A stretch of DNA of 64,000 nt from Treponemataceae bacterium (GTDB lineage Bacteria; Spirochaetota; Spirochaetia; Treponematales; Rectinemataceae). This document shows, one piece after another, positions 43,986 to 53,262 of the stretch. Both the position numbers and the translations under genes were made by a program. Numbering within the stretch: the stretch's first letter is position 1; each line of letters starts with the position of its first letter. A model generated the notes under the pieces. The model did no database searches. It was not told where the DNA came from and worked only from the letters and a program-made list of their open reading frames with translations. The DNA is taken from NCBI GenBank assembly GCA_963678065.2, contig CAXXVZ010000003.1:1216001-1280000 (forward strand), given 5' to 3'.

Positions 43986-44999
43986 CTAGGCCGCGGTCTT
44001 GCAGGCGGCGGCTTCGATCTTCCGGAGTTTGGCCCTCGTGGCCATCTTCTCGGCGATCTTCTTCTGCCAGACATCGGCGATGACAGTGACGACGATGATG
44101 CCGCCGATGACGATGGGCTGGATCCAGGGAGAAATGCCGAGCTTGAGGATGCCGTTCTTTATGAGGGCGAGGAAGACGGAGCCGAGCATCGTTCCCCATA
44201 TATCGCCGACGCCGCCCGTGAAGGGAGTGCCGCCGATTACGACCGAGGCGATGACATCCATCTCGGAGCCGAGGCCGAGTTCGGGCATGGCCGTCATCAT
44301 CCGGGAGGAGATGAAGATCGCGGCGATCGAAGCGCAGACGCCGGCGAAGACGTAGACGCCGAGAACCGTCTTTTGGGTGTTGATGCCCGTCAGCTTGGCC
44401 GCGACGGGATTGGCGCCGGTCGCGTAGATGTTGGTGCCCGTCTTGGTGCTCCTGAGAAATACCTGGGTGGCGACGCCCAGGATCACGAAGGCTATCGTCG
44501 TCCTGTATATCCCTCCGAATCCTTGAGTTCCGAACCAGAGGTAGGTTTCGTTCTGGATATAGACGTTCTGGACAAATCCGAGGGAATCCTTGACCGCGAT
44601 CACGAGGGCGAGACCGGAGAGGATACCCTTGGTAGCCAGGGTCACGATGAACTCGGGCAGTTTGAACCTGGTTATGAAATAGCCATTGAAGAGGCCGGCT
44701 AATGCCCCCACGAGGAGGGTGAGGGGGATGAAAAGCGGCACGGGTATTTTCGTGTACGAGAGAAAGTTGATGCTGACCATCGCGGTGACCGCGATGATGC
44801 CGCCTATCGACATGTCGATGCCGGCGGTGATCATGACCAGGGTGAATCCGATGGCCACGATGCCCGTCTGGGACGCTTCCTGCAAAAGCTTCATCAGGTT
44901 GGGCATGGTGAGGAATACGGGATTGAAGCTGGTCAAAAGGGCGGAAATGACCAGCATGAGGCCGATCAGGATGATCCGGCGTACGGCGTGGCTCGACAT
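43986..44999 (-). CDS. Monosaccharide (RbsC-type) ABC permease
   Basis: AGIDMS, LPEFIVTL, GANPVAAKLTGI, IGGT. Confidence 0.93.
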   Translation of the reverse strand: MSSHAVRRIILIGLMLVISALLTSFNPVFLTMPNLMKLLQEASQTGIVAIGFTLVMITAGIDMSIGGIIAVTAMVSINFLSYTKIPVPLFIPLTLLVGALAGLFNGYFITRFKLPEFIVTLATKGILSGLALVIAVKDSLGFVQNVYIQNETYLWFGTQGFGGIYRTTIAFVILGVATQVFLRSTKTGTNIYATGANPVAAKLTGINTQKTVLGVYVFAGVCASIAAIFISSRMMTAMPELGLGSEMDVIASVVIGGTPFTGGVGDIWGTMLGSVFLALIKNGILKLGISPWIQPIVIGGIIVVTVIADVWQKKIAEKMATRAKLRKIEAAACKTAA

Positions 45000-45015
45000 G
45001 AGGGAACCTCCGGGT

Positions 45016-45053
45016 AAAAAAAGAATGGCAGGGCAGGATCTGCCCCGCCACTC
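45016..45053 (-). terminator. Intrinsic terminator between SBP and permease genes
   Basis: Minus strand GAGTGGCGGGGCAG-ATC-CTGCCCTGCCATTC-TTTTTTT. Confidence 0.75.
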
Positions 45054-45105
45054 ATCGCAGGCGACCGACAGCCGGCGATCTTCAGACCGGTTTTGCCAGC
45101 AATCT

Positions 45106-45156
45106 TCGCGCCGACTTTACCAACGGTCGTCGCGCCGACTTTACCAACGGTCGTCG
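45106..45156. repeat. Perfect 24-bp tandem duplication spanning the SBP stop codon
   Basis: TCGCGCCGACTTTACCAACGGTCG x2 plus TCG. Confidence 0.9.
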
Positions 45157-46094
45157 GCAGCGATCTGCTTGACGGTCTCGGCGGTGGCGGCGAAGGGAGG
45201 AATCTGGATGATTTCGGTGGCGGCTGCCTTGGCCGGCCCGAGTTTCTTGGTCAGGCGCTCGAGCAGCATGGTCGCGACGAGGCTTCCCTGATCGAAGCAG
45301 TTGTTGTACGCGGTTCCGGCGATCTTTCCCTGCTCGATGAAAGCGAGGGTGCTCTTCTGGCCGTTGGCGCCCCAGACCTTGATCTGCGCGAGCCTTCCGG
45401 CTGATTCTGCGGCGATCATGGCGCCCTCGGCCATGTTGTCGTTCACGGCAAACACGCCTGCGAGCTCTTTGTTGGACTGAAGGAAGCTGTTCATGATCGT
45501 GATGGCGATCTCTTTTTTCCAGCCTTCCGCGCTCTGCGCTCCGACGATCCTGACGGCGGGGTAGAGTTCGGCCATGCCCTGGCGGAATCCCTTCTCGCGG
45601 TTGACGCCGAGGATGGCTCCGGGGGGAGACTGGATGATGACGACATTGCCCTTGCCGCCGATCTGCTTGCCCATCTCCTTGGCGACAGCGTAGCCGGCGG
45701 AAATATCGGCCATCTGCACGGAGAGCGTGTGGGACTGGATGACGGCGGTGTTGAGGGTGATGACGATGATGCCTCTCATCTCGGCCTGCTTGACTGCGGC
45801 GGAGAGGGCCGCTGCGTCTACCGGCTGGAGGACGATGGCGTTGTATTTCTGGTTGACCACGTCGTCCATGAAGGAAACCTGCATCTCGGCCTTGAGCTGG
45901 GGATCGAAGGACTGAACCTTGACGTTGGGATACTTGCGGAACACGCGCATCATGCCTTCGAGCCAGGCGTTCGTGTTCGGCTGGCCGATGCTCGTGGGAA
46001 TGTACGCGATCTTGTAGGTCTCGGCTGTCTGCGCACCGACTGAGAGGGCGATCATTACGCCCAGGACGAGAGCGATAATCCTCGCTTTCTTCAT
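45141..46094 (-). CDS. Monosaccharide (RbsB-type) ABC substrate-binding protein
   Basis: Signal peptide MKKARIIALVLG, AIVLQPVD, REKGF, VFAVNDNMAEGA. Confidence 0.9.
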   Translation of the reverse strand: MKKARIIALVLGVMIALSVGAQTAETYKIAYIPTSIGQPNTNAWLEGMMRVFRKYPNVKVQSFDPQLKAEMQVSFMDDVVNQKYNAIVLQPVDAAALSAAVKQAEMRGIIVITLNTAVIQSHTLSVQMADISAGYAVAKEMGKQIGGKGNVVIIQSPPGAILGVNREKGFRQGMAELYPAVRIVGAQSAEGWKKEIAITIMNSFLQSNKELAGVFAVNDNMAEGAMIAAESAGRLAQIKVWGANGQKSTLAFIEQGKIAGTAYNNCFDQGSLVATMLLERLTKKLGPAKAAATEIIQIPPFAATAETVKQIAADDRW

Positions 46095-46249
46095 GGATAG
46101 CCTCCTGAAAATTTTCCTATCCCTGCGTGGACCCTGGAAAAACACGGGGACGACGCCCACATATTTCTTCCGCTTCCGCCGGAATGGATACCAATTTTGT
46201 TCCCGCCACATTCCCGAACCTGATCCGTCAGGCCGTGGGTCAGAGCAAT

Positions 46250-46382
46250 AATGATCGAATTGATCTTTATGAACGTAGATTACACCGATAATGCGTATTT
46301 AGCAAGCAATAATTTTCATTTTTTTGATAAGTATAAGATATTAGACACAATTCGATCATTTTTAGATATAATAATGATCATT
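46250..46382. promoter_or_regulatory. Candidate DeoR/UlaR operators and promoter of the ABC-ulaG operon
   Basis: 13-bp perfect inverted pair AATGATCGAATTG (46250) / CAATTCGATCATT (46348), palindrome AATGATCATT (46373); minus-strand TTGCTA-17-TAATCT (46305-46277). Confidence 0.6.
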
Positions 46383-46421
46383 TAGGTATTTATAAAACAC
46401 GTTCTACATATCTGCGCGCAC

Positions 46422-46461
46422 AAAAAAACGCCATGCCTCGCAGCGGGCCGCGGGTATGGTG
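46422..46461 (-). terminator. Probable intrinsic terminator after deoR
   Basis: Stem CGCCATGCC/GGTATGGTG with a 7-U tract on the minus strand. Confidence 0.5.
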
Positions 46462-46483
46462 GATCCGGCAATGAAGAATTCGT

Positions 46484-47263
46484 TTAGGCGATGATGACCT
46501 CGATCCCGAGATTCTCGAGCCCGGCCCGGAACTGCTCGGGACACTTGTCGTCGGTGATGACGATATCGACGGAGGACAGGGGCGAGGAGACGAAATTCGA
46601 CACTTTGCCCATCTTGGAATAGTCGGCGAGGACCACCACCTTCTCGTGGGTGTTCGCGATCATCGCCTGATTGATGCTGCATTCCTGGTAGACGCTGGTC
46701 GTGAGCCCGCGCTCCAGGCTGAGACCGTTCGTGCCGAGGAATGTGTAGCCGGAATATATGTTCCTGATGGTGTTGAGCGTGAATTCTCCGACGAGGGAGC
46801 GGGACTGTTCCCGGTACTCCCCTCCGAGTATAAGCAGCTCGATCCCAAGGTCATGCTCGACCATGATCGCGGCGGCATTGTTGGTGATGACCTTGACTCG
46901 CCTGTTTTTCAGCGCGCGGATAAAGGAGAGGATCGTCGATCCCGAATTCAGGAAAAGCGTATCGCCTTCTCTGACCATCTGGGCGGCCCGCTCCGCTATG
47001 CGTGTCTTCTCTTCCATGTTGATGACATCTTTTTCCTCGAGCTTCTTCTCGGGGACGCCATCCACGCCCGTGCTCACGGGCAGAGCTCCGCCGTGCCTCC
47101 TGACGAGAAATCCTTTCTTGCACAGGTAGTCGAGGTCGCGCCGCACCGTGACGGGGGAGACGGCAAGTTCGGCGCTGAGCTCCTCCACCTTGGCGGCCCT
47201 GCGCTCGTTGAGGATATCGAGAATCCGGATGCGACGGTTGTTGACGATGGAGCTGGATGCCAT
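46484..47263 (-). CDS. DeoR/GlpR-family regulator (UlaR-like by context)
   Basis: VSPVTVRRDL, RRHGGA, EKTRIA, LNSGST, ITNN, LADYSK. Confidence 0.93.
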   Translation of the reverse strand: MASSSIVNNRRIRILDILNERRAAKVEELSAELAVSPVTVRRDLDYLCKKGFLVRRHGGALPVSTGVDGVPEKKLEEKDVINMEEKTRIAERAAQMVREGDTLFLNSGSTILSFIRALKNRRVKVITNNAAAIMVEHDLGIELLILGGEYREQSRSLVGEFTLNTIRNIYSGYTFLGTNGLSLERGLTTSVYQECSINQAMIANTHEKVVVLADYSKMGKVSNFVSSPLSSVDIVITDDKCPEQFRAGLENLGIEVIIA

Positions 47264-47442
47264 AGCGGTTTCCTTCTTGTCGACGGACTGACCGGAGGGA
47301 GGATGTCGCTTCCGACCATAAATGAGTATAAACGACAATCCTGTTTTCGTAAATATGCACTATTGATCATTTATCATCTTGCGTTTTGAACATATTGAGC
47401 GAATAATTGCCCCGAGACTATCCATAACCCGGAGGAATCTAC

Positions 47443-48999
47443 ATGTCCGGAAGCGGTATCATCACCGTCGACATCGGAACCACGAGCATGCGCGCCATTC
47501 TCTTCGACGAAAACGGAATCAACAGGGCGATGAGCCAGAGGGAGAATCCTCCCATATACTACTCCGACGGGCGGGTCGAGCAGGATGCCCGCACATGGGA
47601 AGGTATCCTCGCCGAGGTCCTCTCCGGCTGCGCGCGGGCCGCACTCTCCGCGCATCTGAAAATCTCCGCCCTCTCCCTCACCGCGCAGCGATCCTCGGTC
47701 ATCCCGGTGGATCGCGAAGGAAGGCCTCTTCATCCGGCGGTCATGTGGCAGGATCTCAGGACCCAGTCGCTCTGCGGCGGCATGCGCGGCGATTCTCCGG
47801 AAGTGTACCGCCGCACGGGACTCAAGATTTCGCCCGTGTTTTCGGCCATCAAGATGCGATGGTTCCGGGAAGAGATGCCTGACCTGTATTCCCGGACATG
47901 GAAGATGGCGGGAATACAGGACTTCGCCCTCTTCCTTCTTACGGGGCGCTTCGTCACGGACCGCTGTCTCGCGAGTCGGACGAACCTCCTCAATCTCCGG
48001 ACTCTCGACTGGGATCCCGACCTGATCGAACTCTTCGGCGTGGACCGCGGCATGCTCTGCGAGCTCGTCGACCAGGGATCGGTCTGCGGCTGGCTCCTCC
48101 CCGGCTTGGCCTCCGCGACAGGGCTTCCTGCAGGGCTTCCCGTCGTCTCGGCGGGAGGAGACCAGCAGTGCGCCGCGCTCGGGCTGGGACTCCTTGCGGC
48201 TGACAGGATCGTCGCCAACACCGGCACGGGGTCCTACATAATAGGACATTCGGACCATCCCGTGCTGGACGAAAGAGAGCGGGTGTTCTGCAACCTCTCT
48301 GCGCTTCCGGGAGCCTACATACTGGAGGCGGGGACTCTCACCTCGGGTACGGTGTACAAGTGGTTTGCGCAGAATTTTTACGGCTACCCCGCGGATGGCA
48401 TTCCCGGGCAGGATCGGGAAAACGATCAGGGAAAAGGCCGCTTCTCCGATGTCAACGCGGATGCGGAGTCATCGTTGCCCGGGGCCCACGGCCTCATCCT
48501 CATCCCCCACTTCAAGGGCGCGGGAGCGCCGCACTGGAACCCGGATTCGCGCGGAGTCTTTTACAATCTGACGCTCAGCTCGACGCGCGGCGATATGGCG
48601 CGGGCCGTCCTCGAAGGCATCGCTTCCGAAATGGCGGAGAACATAGACCTCCTCGAGGAGCTCGCAGGGCCGATCGGCATGGTGAGGGTCTCGGGAGGTC
48701 TGACGCGCTTCGGGCTCTTCAACCAGATCCAGGCCGACATGTACGGCCGCCTCGTCGTCAGGCCGGGCGAAACCGAGGCGACGGCCCTCGGCGCCTGGAT
48801 ATCCGCCGCGGCCTGCACCGGCCTGTATCCGGATCACGCGCGCGCCTACGCCGCCGCTGAGGCCGGAGCCGCTACGGCGGGGCATGAAGAGACCGAATAC
48901 CGGCCCGGTCCTGCCGAGGCCCTGTACGCCGGACTCAGAAAAAAAAAGAAGATCCTGTACACAGCGCTCGAAAAAAGCGGGATTTTCGGCATGGACTGA
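47443..48999 (+). CDS. FGGY-family carbohydrate kinase
   Basis: DIGTTSMRA, VEQD, TAQRSS, WQDLR, GGDQQCA, NTGTGS, AVLEG, SGG, QIQAD, EATALGA. Confidence 0.92.
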   Translation: MSGSGIITVDIGTTSMRAILFDENGINRAMSQRENPPIYYSDGRVEQDARTWEGILAEVLSGCARAALSAHLKISALSLTAQRSSVIPVDREGRPLHPAVMWQDLRTQSLCGGMRGDSPEVYRRTGLKISPVFSAIKMRWFREEMPDLYSRTWKMAGIQDFALFLLTGRFVTDRCLASRTNLLNLRTLDWDPDLIELFGVDRGMLCELVDQGSVCGWLLPGLASATGLPAGLPVVSAGGDQQCAALGLGLLAADRIVANTGTGSYIIGHSDHPVLDERERVFCNLSALPGAYILEAGTLTSGTVYKWFAQNFYGYPADGIPGQDRENDQGKGRFSDVNADAESSLPGAHGLILIPHFKGAGAPHWNPDSRGVFYNLTLSSTRGDMARAVLEGIASEMAENIDLLEELAGPIGMVRVSGGLTRFGLFNQIQADMYGRLVVRPGETEATALGAWISAAACTGLYPDHARAYAAAEAGAATAGHEETEYRPGPAEALYAGLRKKKKILYTALEKSGIFGMD

Positions 49000-49042
49000 A
49001 AGCTGCGCGCGATACGGAGCGCACGACCCGGGCGGCGGCCCG

Positions 49043-49669
49043 CTAGAGAATGAACAGCAACCCCGCGATGTCTCCCAAAAGATGTGAAGCCCAGACGAAG
49101 AGAATGTTTCCCGAACGGGCGAAAAGTATTCCATAGAGAATGCTGTCGATGAAAATCGAGCCGAGATCGAGGACCAGGATGGCTTCCGGCGCGGGAGAGT
49201 AGTGCATGAGCGCGAAGAGCCCTGAACTCAGGATGACGGCCGCGGGCAGGCCGGCGACACGGGCGAGATTTTTCTGGTACAGGCCTCTGAAAGTCAATTC
49301 TTCGCCGACGAGGGACAGCGCAAGCATGGGGAGAAGGAGGGGCAGGCCCGTTCCCGGGCCGAACGGAAGCCTCTCGCGGACATGATCCAGGTAGGCCGGA
49401 AAGAAATACCGGGCCGCGTACGCGGTGACGCTCTGGCTGCCGATACCCGCGAAGAGGAAGAGAAACCAGGAGCCGCGGAAATCCTGCACAAACGCTGAAG
49501 GAAGAAAACCGAGATCACGCCAGCTGCGCTTCCTGAACCCCTTCTCCGCCAGGGTGTAGATGACTGGAAGCAGAAGGAATGCTGTTTTCGCCCCAGGAAG
49601 GAAAAAAGCTCCGAGCGTGGATACGGCGAGCACCGCGAGAACTTCGGGCAGAGGGCGTTCAGGAATCAT
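49043..49669 (-). CDS. CPBP/Abi (CAAX protease-like) intramembrane metalloprotease
   Basis: EELTFRG, FALMH, SHLLGD; start uncertain. Confidence 0.8.
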   Translation of the reverse strand: MIPERPLPEVLAVLAVSTLGAFFLPGAKTAFLLLPVIYTLAEKGFRKRSWRDLGFLPSAFVQDFRGSWFLFLFAGIGSQSVTAYAARYFFPAYLDHVRERLPFGPGTGLPLLLPMLALSLVGEELTFRGLYQKNLARVAGLPAAVILSSGLFALMHYSPAPEAILVLDLGSIFIDSILYGILFARSGNILFVWASHLLGDIAGLLFIL

Positions 49670-49872
49670 GTGCATGATCTCCGGCAGGCAGAAATTTAGT
49701 GTACGGCATAAGCATATCACGCAATCCGGACCTACACCATATCGACCGGCTCTCTGTCACAGTCTCTGACAATTCTTTATTTTATGTCAATTCCATGATA
49801 TACTGTATTCGAGGATTTTCTGCAGGCATCCATTTCCGCATTCCGACGCGGGAAATCCTTCCAGGAGTGATC

Positions 49873-51816
49873 ATGCACAGCCCCCTCCTCTCCATACCTT
49901 TCGAGACGGCGCGGCGCTACCCCGAGCGCATATCCCACAAGTGGAAAGTCAAGGACAAGACCGAAACGCGAAGCTACGCCCAGTTCGCCCGCACGATACG
50001 GATTCTGACGGCCGGTTTCAAGGCGGCGGGCATCTCGCATGGAGACCACACGGGCTTCTTCGTCAACAATCGATTCGAGTGGACCTGCACCGATTTCGCC
50101 CTCATGGCCCTGGGATCGGTGAGCGTTCCCCGGGGTTCCGACACGCCACCCAGGGAAGTCGCTTTCATCTTCCGCCACTCCGACTCGCGCCACCTCATCG
50201 TCGAAACCGTGAGCCAGCTCGCGGAACTCGACAAGGCTTTCGATCCCGCGGATTGGGAACGATGCGCCTCGGTCTTCATCGTGGAGAAAGGCGACAGAAA
50301 TTCCGTACCCGCTCATCTCGTCGATAGGACGCGCTTCTACGGCGACCTGCTCTCCGGGGGCGAAACCGCCTTCGCTCAGGAACCCGACCTCGTCGAAAAG
50401 CTCGACGCGGACATCGAACCGGACGACCTCCTCACCATCGTCTACACTTCGGGCACGACGGGCAACCCGAAAGGAGTCATGCTCTCGCACGCCAATTTTG
50501 TGCAGAATCTCAGGGCGAATACTCCGCGCCTTCAGATCGACATCGAAAAGGCCGAGACCACGGTCGTCATGCTGCCCTCCTGGCATGTGTATGAGCGCGC
50601 CTTCGAGTACTGCGGCATCGCCTCGGGGCTGAGCTTCGTATACTCCTCGGCCGGCCGGTTCGCATCGGACCTGTCCGCCGAAAAGCCCGAGGTTCTCATC
50701 TCGGTGCCCCGTGTCTGGGAATCGGTGTACCAGAAGCTCATCAAGGCGGTGAGCGAAATGCCGGCCGCCAAGCGGAACCTCGTCCTCGCCCTCATCAAGA
50801 ACAACCAGGCCTGGATGACCTCGTCGCTCTACCTGAAAGGCTGCTACATTTCGCTGCGGAACCGGCCCGCGACGGCCAGGGCACTCGCTTTCCTGTGGCA
50901 CCTTCTCCGCCTCGTCGTCCTCTGGCCCGGCCACAAGCTGGCTGGCCTTCTCTTCAAGCCCTTCCGCGAAAAGGTGGGAGGGCGACTCCGCCTCGCGACC
51001 TGCGGAGCCGGCTCCCTTCCGAAATACCTCGACGAGCTGTTCAACGCGATCGGCATCACCCTCATCAACGCCTACGGAATGACAGAGTGTGCGCCGGGAA
51101 TCCTGTCGCGACAGCTCGGGCAGAACACTTTCGGATCGACGGGAATCCCCTTCGACAACACCGAAGTCGAGATCCGGCGCGATGACGGAACGAAGGCGGG
51201 AACCGGTGAAAAAGGCGTCCTGTATGTGCGTGGCCCCCAGGTCATGTCAGGCTACTACAAGAATCCGGAGGCCACCGCCGCCGTCCTCTCTCCCGATGGC
51301 TGGCTCAATACGGGCGACCTCGCGGTCAGGTCGGAAAATGGCGAGTACATCATCGTCGGCAGGGCCAAGGACACCATAGTCCTCATGGGCGGCGAAAATG
51401 TCGAACCCGAACCGATCGAGGACAAGCTCAAGGAGTCAGTCTACATCGACCACGCCGTCGTGTTCGGCCAGGATCAGAAACAGATCTCCGCCATCGTCGC
51501 CGTCAACGAGGAAGAGCTGATGAAGCTCGCCGCCGAACTCAAGCTGTCGCGCACCGACATCGTGGTAAGCGGCTCGGGATCGATCGAGAACGACCAGATC
51601 TACAATCATCTTCTCAAGGAAGTCGGCTCCCTCATCACGAAGGAACAGGGATTCAAGCCCTTCGAGACGATCACGAAAATTTTCCCGGTCCTGAACGATT
51701 TCTCGGTCGGAAAGGAACTCACGCAGACCCTCAAAGTCAAGCGCAAGTACGTCGAGGAGCGATTCAAGCATCTCGTGGACAGATACCTCCGGGGCGGAGA
51801 CAAAGGGACAAAGTGA
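49873..51816 (+). CDS. Long-chain fatty acid-CoA ligase (AMP-binding)
   Basis: YTSGTTGNPKG, LPSWHVYER, AYGMTE, GWLNTGD, GRAKD, GENVEP, TQTLKVKR. Confidence 0.92.
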   Translation: MHSPLLSIPFETARRYPERISHKWKVKDKTETRSYAQFARTIRILTAGFKAAGISHGDHTGFFVNNRFEWTCTDFALMALGSVSVPRGSDTPPREVAFIFRHSDSRHLIVETVSQLAELDKAFDPADWERCASVFIVEKGDRNSVPAHLVDRTRFYGDLLSGGETAFAQEPDLVEKLDADIEPDDLLTIVYTSGTTGNPKGVMLSHANFVQNLRANTPRLQIDIEKAETTVVMLPSWHVYERAFEYCGIASGLSFVYSSAGRFASDLSAEKPEVLISVPRVWESVYQKLIKAVSEMPAAKRNLVLALIKNNQAWMTSSLYLKGCYISLRNRPATARALAFLWHLLRLVVLWPGHKLAGLLFKPFREKVGGRLRLATCGAGSLPKYLDELFNAIGITLINAYGMTECAPGILSRQLGQNTFGSTGIPFDNTEVEIRRDDGTKAGTGEKGVLYVRGPQVMSGYYKNPEATAAVLSPDGWLNTGDLAVRSENGEYIIVGRAKDTIVLMGGENVEPEPIEDKLKESVYIDHAVVFGQDQKQISAIVAVNEEELMKLAAELKLSRTDIVVSGSGSIENDQIYNHLLKEVGSLITKEQGFKPFETITKIFPVLNDFSVGKELTQTLKVKRKYVEERFKHLVDRYLRGGDKGTK

Positions 51817-51869
51817 GTCCGCCCGGAGGATGGAGAGCGCGAAGCGGATAAAGCGGCCGGGATCTCCGG

Positions 51870-53204
51870 CTAGGAACTCCTGCCGGTCCCGTCGGGGACA
51901 AGGATCGACGACGACGCGCAGAAACTGCTCATCGGCGGGGATCCGCGCAGCTCGTCGACCATGTTGAGGGCGAGTATGTTCCAGTTGATAAAGCCGCCAT
52001 TCATCACCGGCGAGCCGCTTTGCGGATCGTAGTATTCGTGGAGGGTCCCCGTGCGCTCCAGGTCATTTCCAAGGAGAGCGAGGGTCCGCCTGCAGAGCTC
52101 CGCCGCCTCGTCCCGGAAGCCGTAGTTGAGAAGGCCGCGGAATACGACATAGTTGGCCACGATCCAGATCGGGCCGAGCCAGTTCGAGGGATTGTTCGTA
52201 GCCGAGATGTCGAACATCTTCTCGTCCATGGCGAGGCTGGTTATGCCGAAAGGCGCCCAGAAGGTCGCGGGGTCCTGGGCGTGGCGGGCGAGCGCCGCCG
52301 CCTGGTCCTCCGTCGCGAAGCCGGCGGCGAGGGGAAGAAATCCGGTCCACGCCCTGATCTTGATGGGCAGGGTTTTCCAGAACACGCCGAGTCCTTTGTG
52401 GAACCAATCGAAGCGCCGCGTTTTGACGTCGACGTCGACCGAATAGAAAAACCGGTCCCGCCTGTCCCAGCACTCGGCCTGTACGCTCTTTGCGAGGGCC
52501 GCAGCTTTCGCCTCGTATAGGGCGGACGCGGCCTCGTCCCCGAGTCCCTCCACGAGGAGAGACATCGCCCGGAGCTCCTGCACCATGAAGCCGTTGAGGA
52601 ACATGTTGGCCGTCGAGAAGCGCGGACGGCCGAAGCTCGCCGGATCGTTGTCCATGCCGATCATGATGTCGTCCGCCCAGACGTAGAGGCCGCACTCAGG
52701 TCTGTAGTAGTAGCGGTCGTAGCAGGCGAGGTAGCGCTCCAGGCCCGCCCTGAAGGGGGCCGCCCATGGCGGCTCTCCCCGGTATCCGGCGATCAGGGCC
52801 ACCTGCTGGCAGAGAAAGGGCTTGTGCATGTTCATGACGAGGCCCTCGCGGTGCCGGGCGTTGAGGTAGGGTTCCTCCTTGTCGGAGACCTCGATCATCA
52901 TGGGGATGTAGCCGTCTTCGAGCTGGTGGTCGAGGAAATTCCGCACATTGCCTTCTGCGTGTTCGAGTATGCGGGCGCCGAGCGCGGCCTTCGCCGCGGG
53001 GTCGGCGCCGAGGAAGGCGAGGGAGCCGTAGACTGCCCAGAAGGAGTCCCAGTCCCAGAGGTTGCCGTCGTATATCGACCCCGGGTCGATGAAGGAGTAT
53101 TTGAGACAGGCCTTGGGCGCCTTGAGCACGCGCGAAAGATTTTCCCCTATGAAGGCTCGCAGGGCCTTCTCATGCCGCTCGCTCGTCCGGTCAAGTTCCA
53201 TCAT
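51870..53204 (-). CDS. GH63/GH37-like (alpha/alpha)6-barrel glycoside hydrolase (MGH1-like)
   Basis: LWDWDS, GMDNDP, NWLGPIW, LHEYYDP, F.NW. Confidence 0.75.
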   Translation of the reverse strand: MMELDRTSERHEKALRAFIGENLSRVLKAPKACLKYSFIDPGSIYDGNLWDWDSFWAVYGSLAFLGADPAAKAALGARILEHAEGNVRNFLDHQLEDGYIPMMIEVSDKEEPYLNARHREGLVMNMHKPFLCQQVALIAGYRGEPPWAAPFRAGLERYLACYDRYYYRPECGLYVWADDIMIGMDNDPASFGRPRFSTANMFLNGFMVQELRAMSLLVEGLGDEAASALYEAKAAALAKSVQAECWDRRDRFFYSVDVDVKTRRFDWFHKGLGVFWKTLPIKIRAWTGFLPLAAGFATEDQAAALARHAQDPATFWAPFGITSLAMDEKMFDISATNNPSNWLGPIWIVANYVVFRGLLNYGFRDEAAELCRRTLALLGNDLERTGTLHEYYDPQSGSPVMNGGFINWNILALNMVDELRGSPPMSSFCASSSILVPDGTGRSS

Positions 53205-53262
53205 GAGCTCCTTCCAGGTTCGTGCGCTGCCCCGATTCCGGCCGCGCCGCCGCGCCGCGCGG

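Noticed and set aside
49755..49771. TGTCA-N7-TGACA palindrome between the CPBP and acyl-CoA ligase genes
   Set aside because: 5-bp arms, single copy, no adjacent regulator; too weak to call
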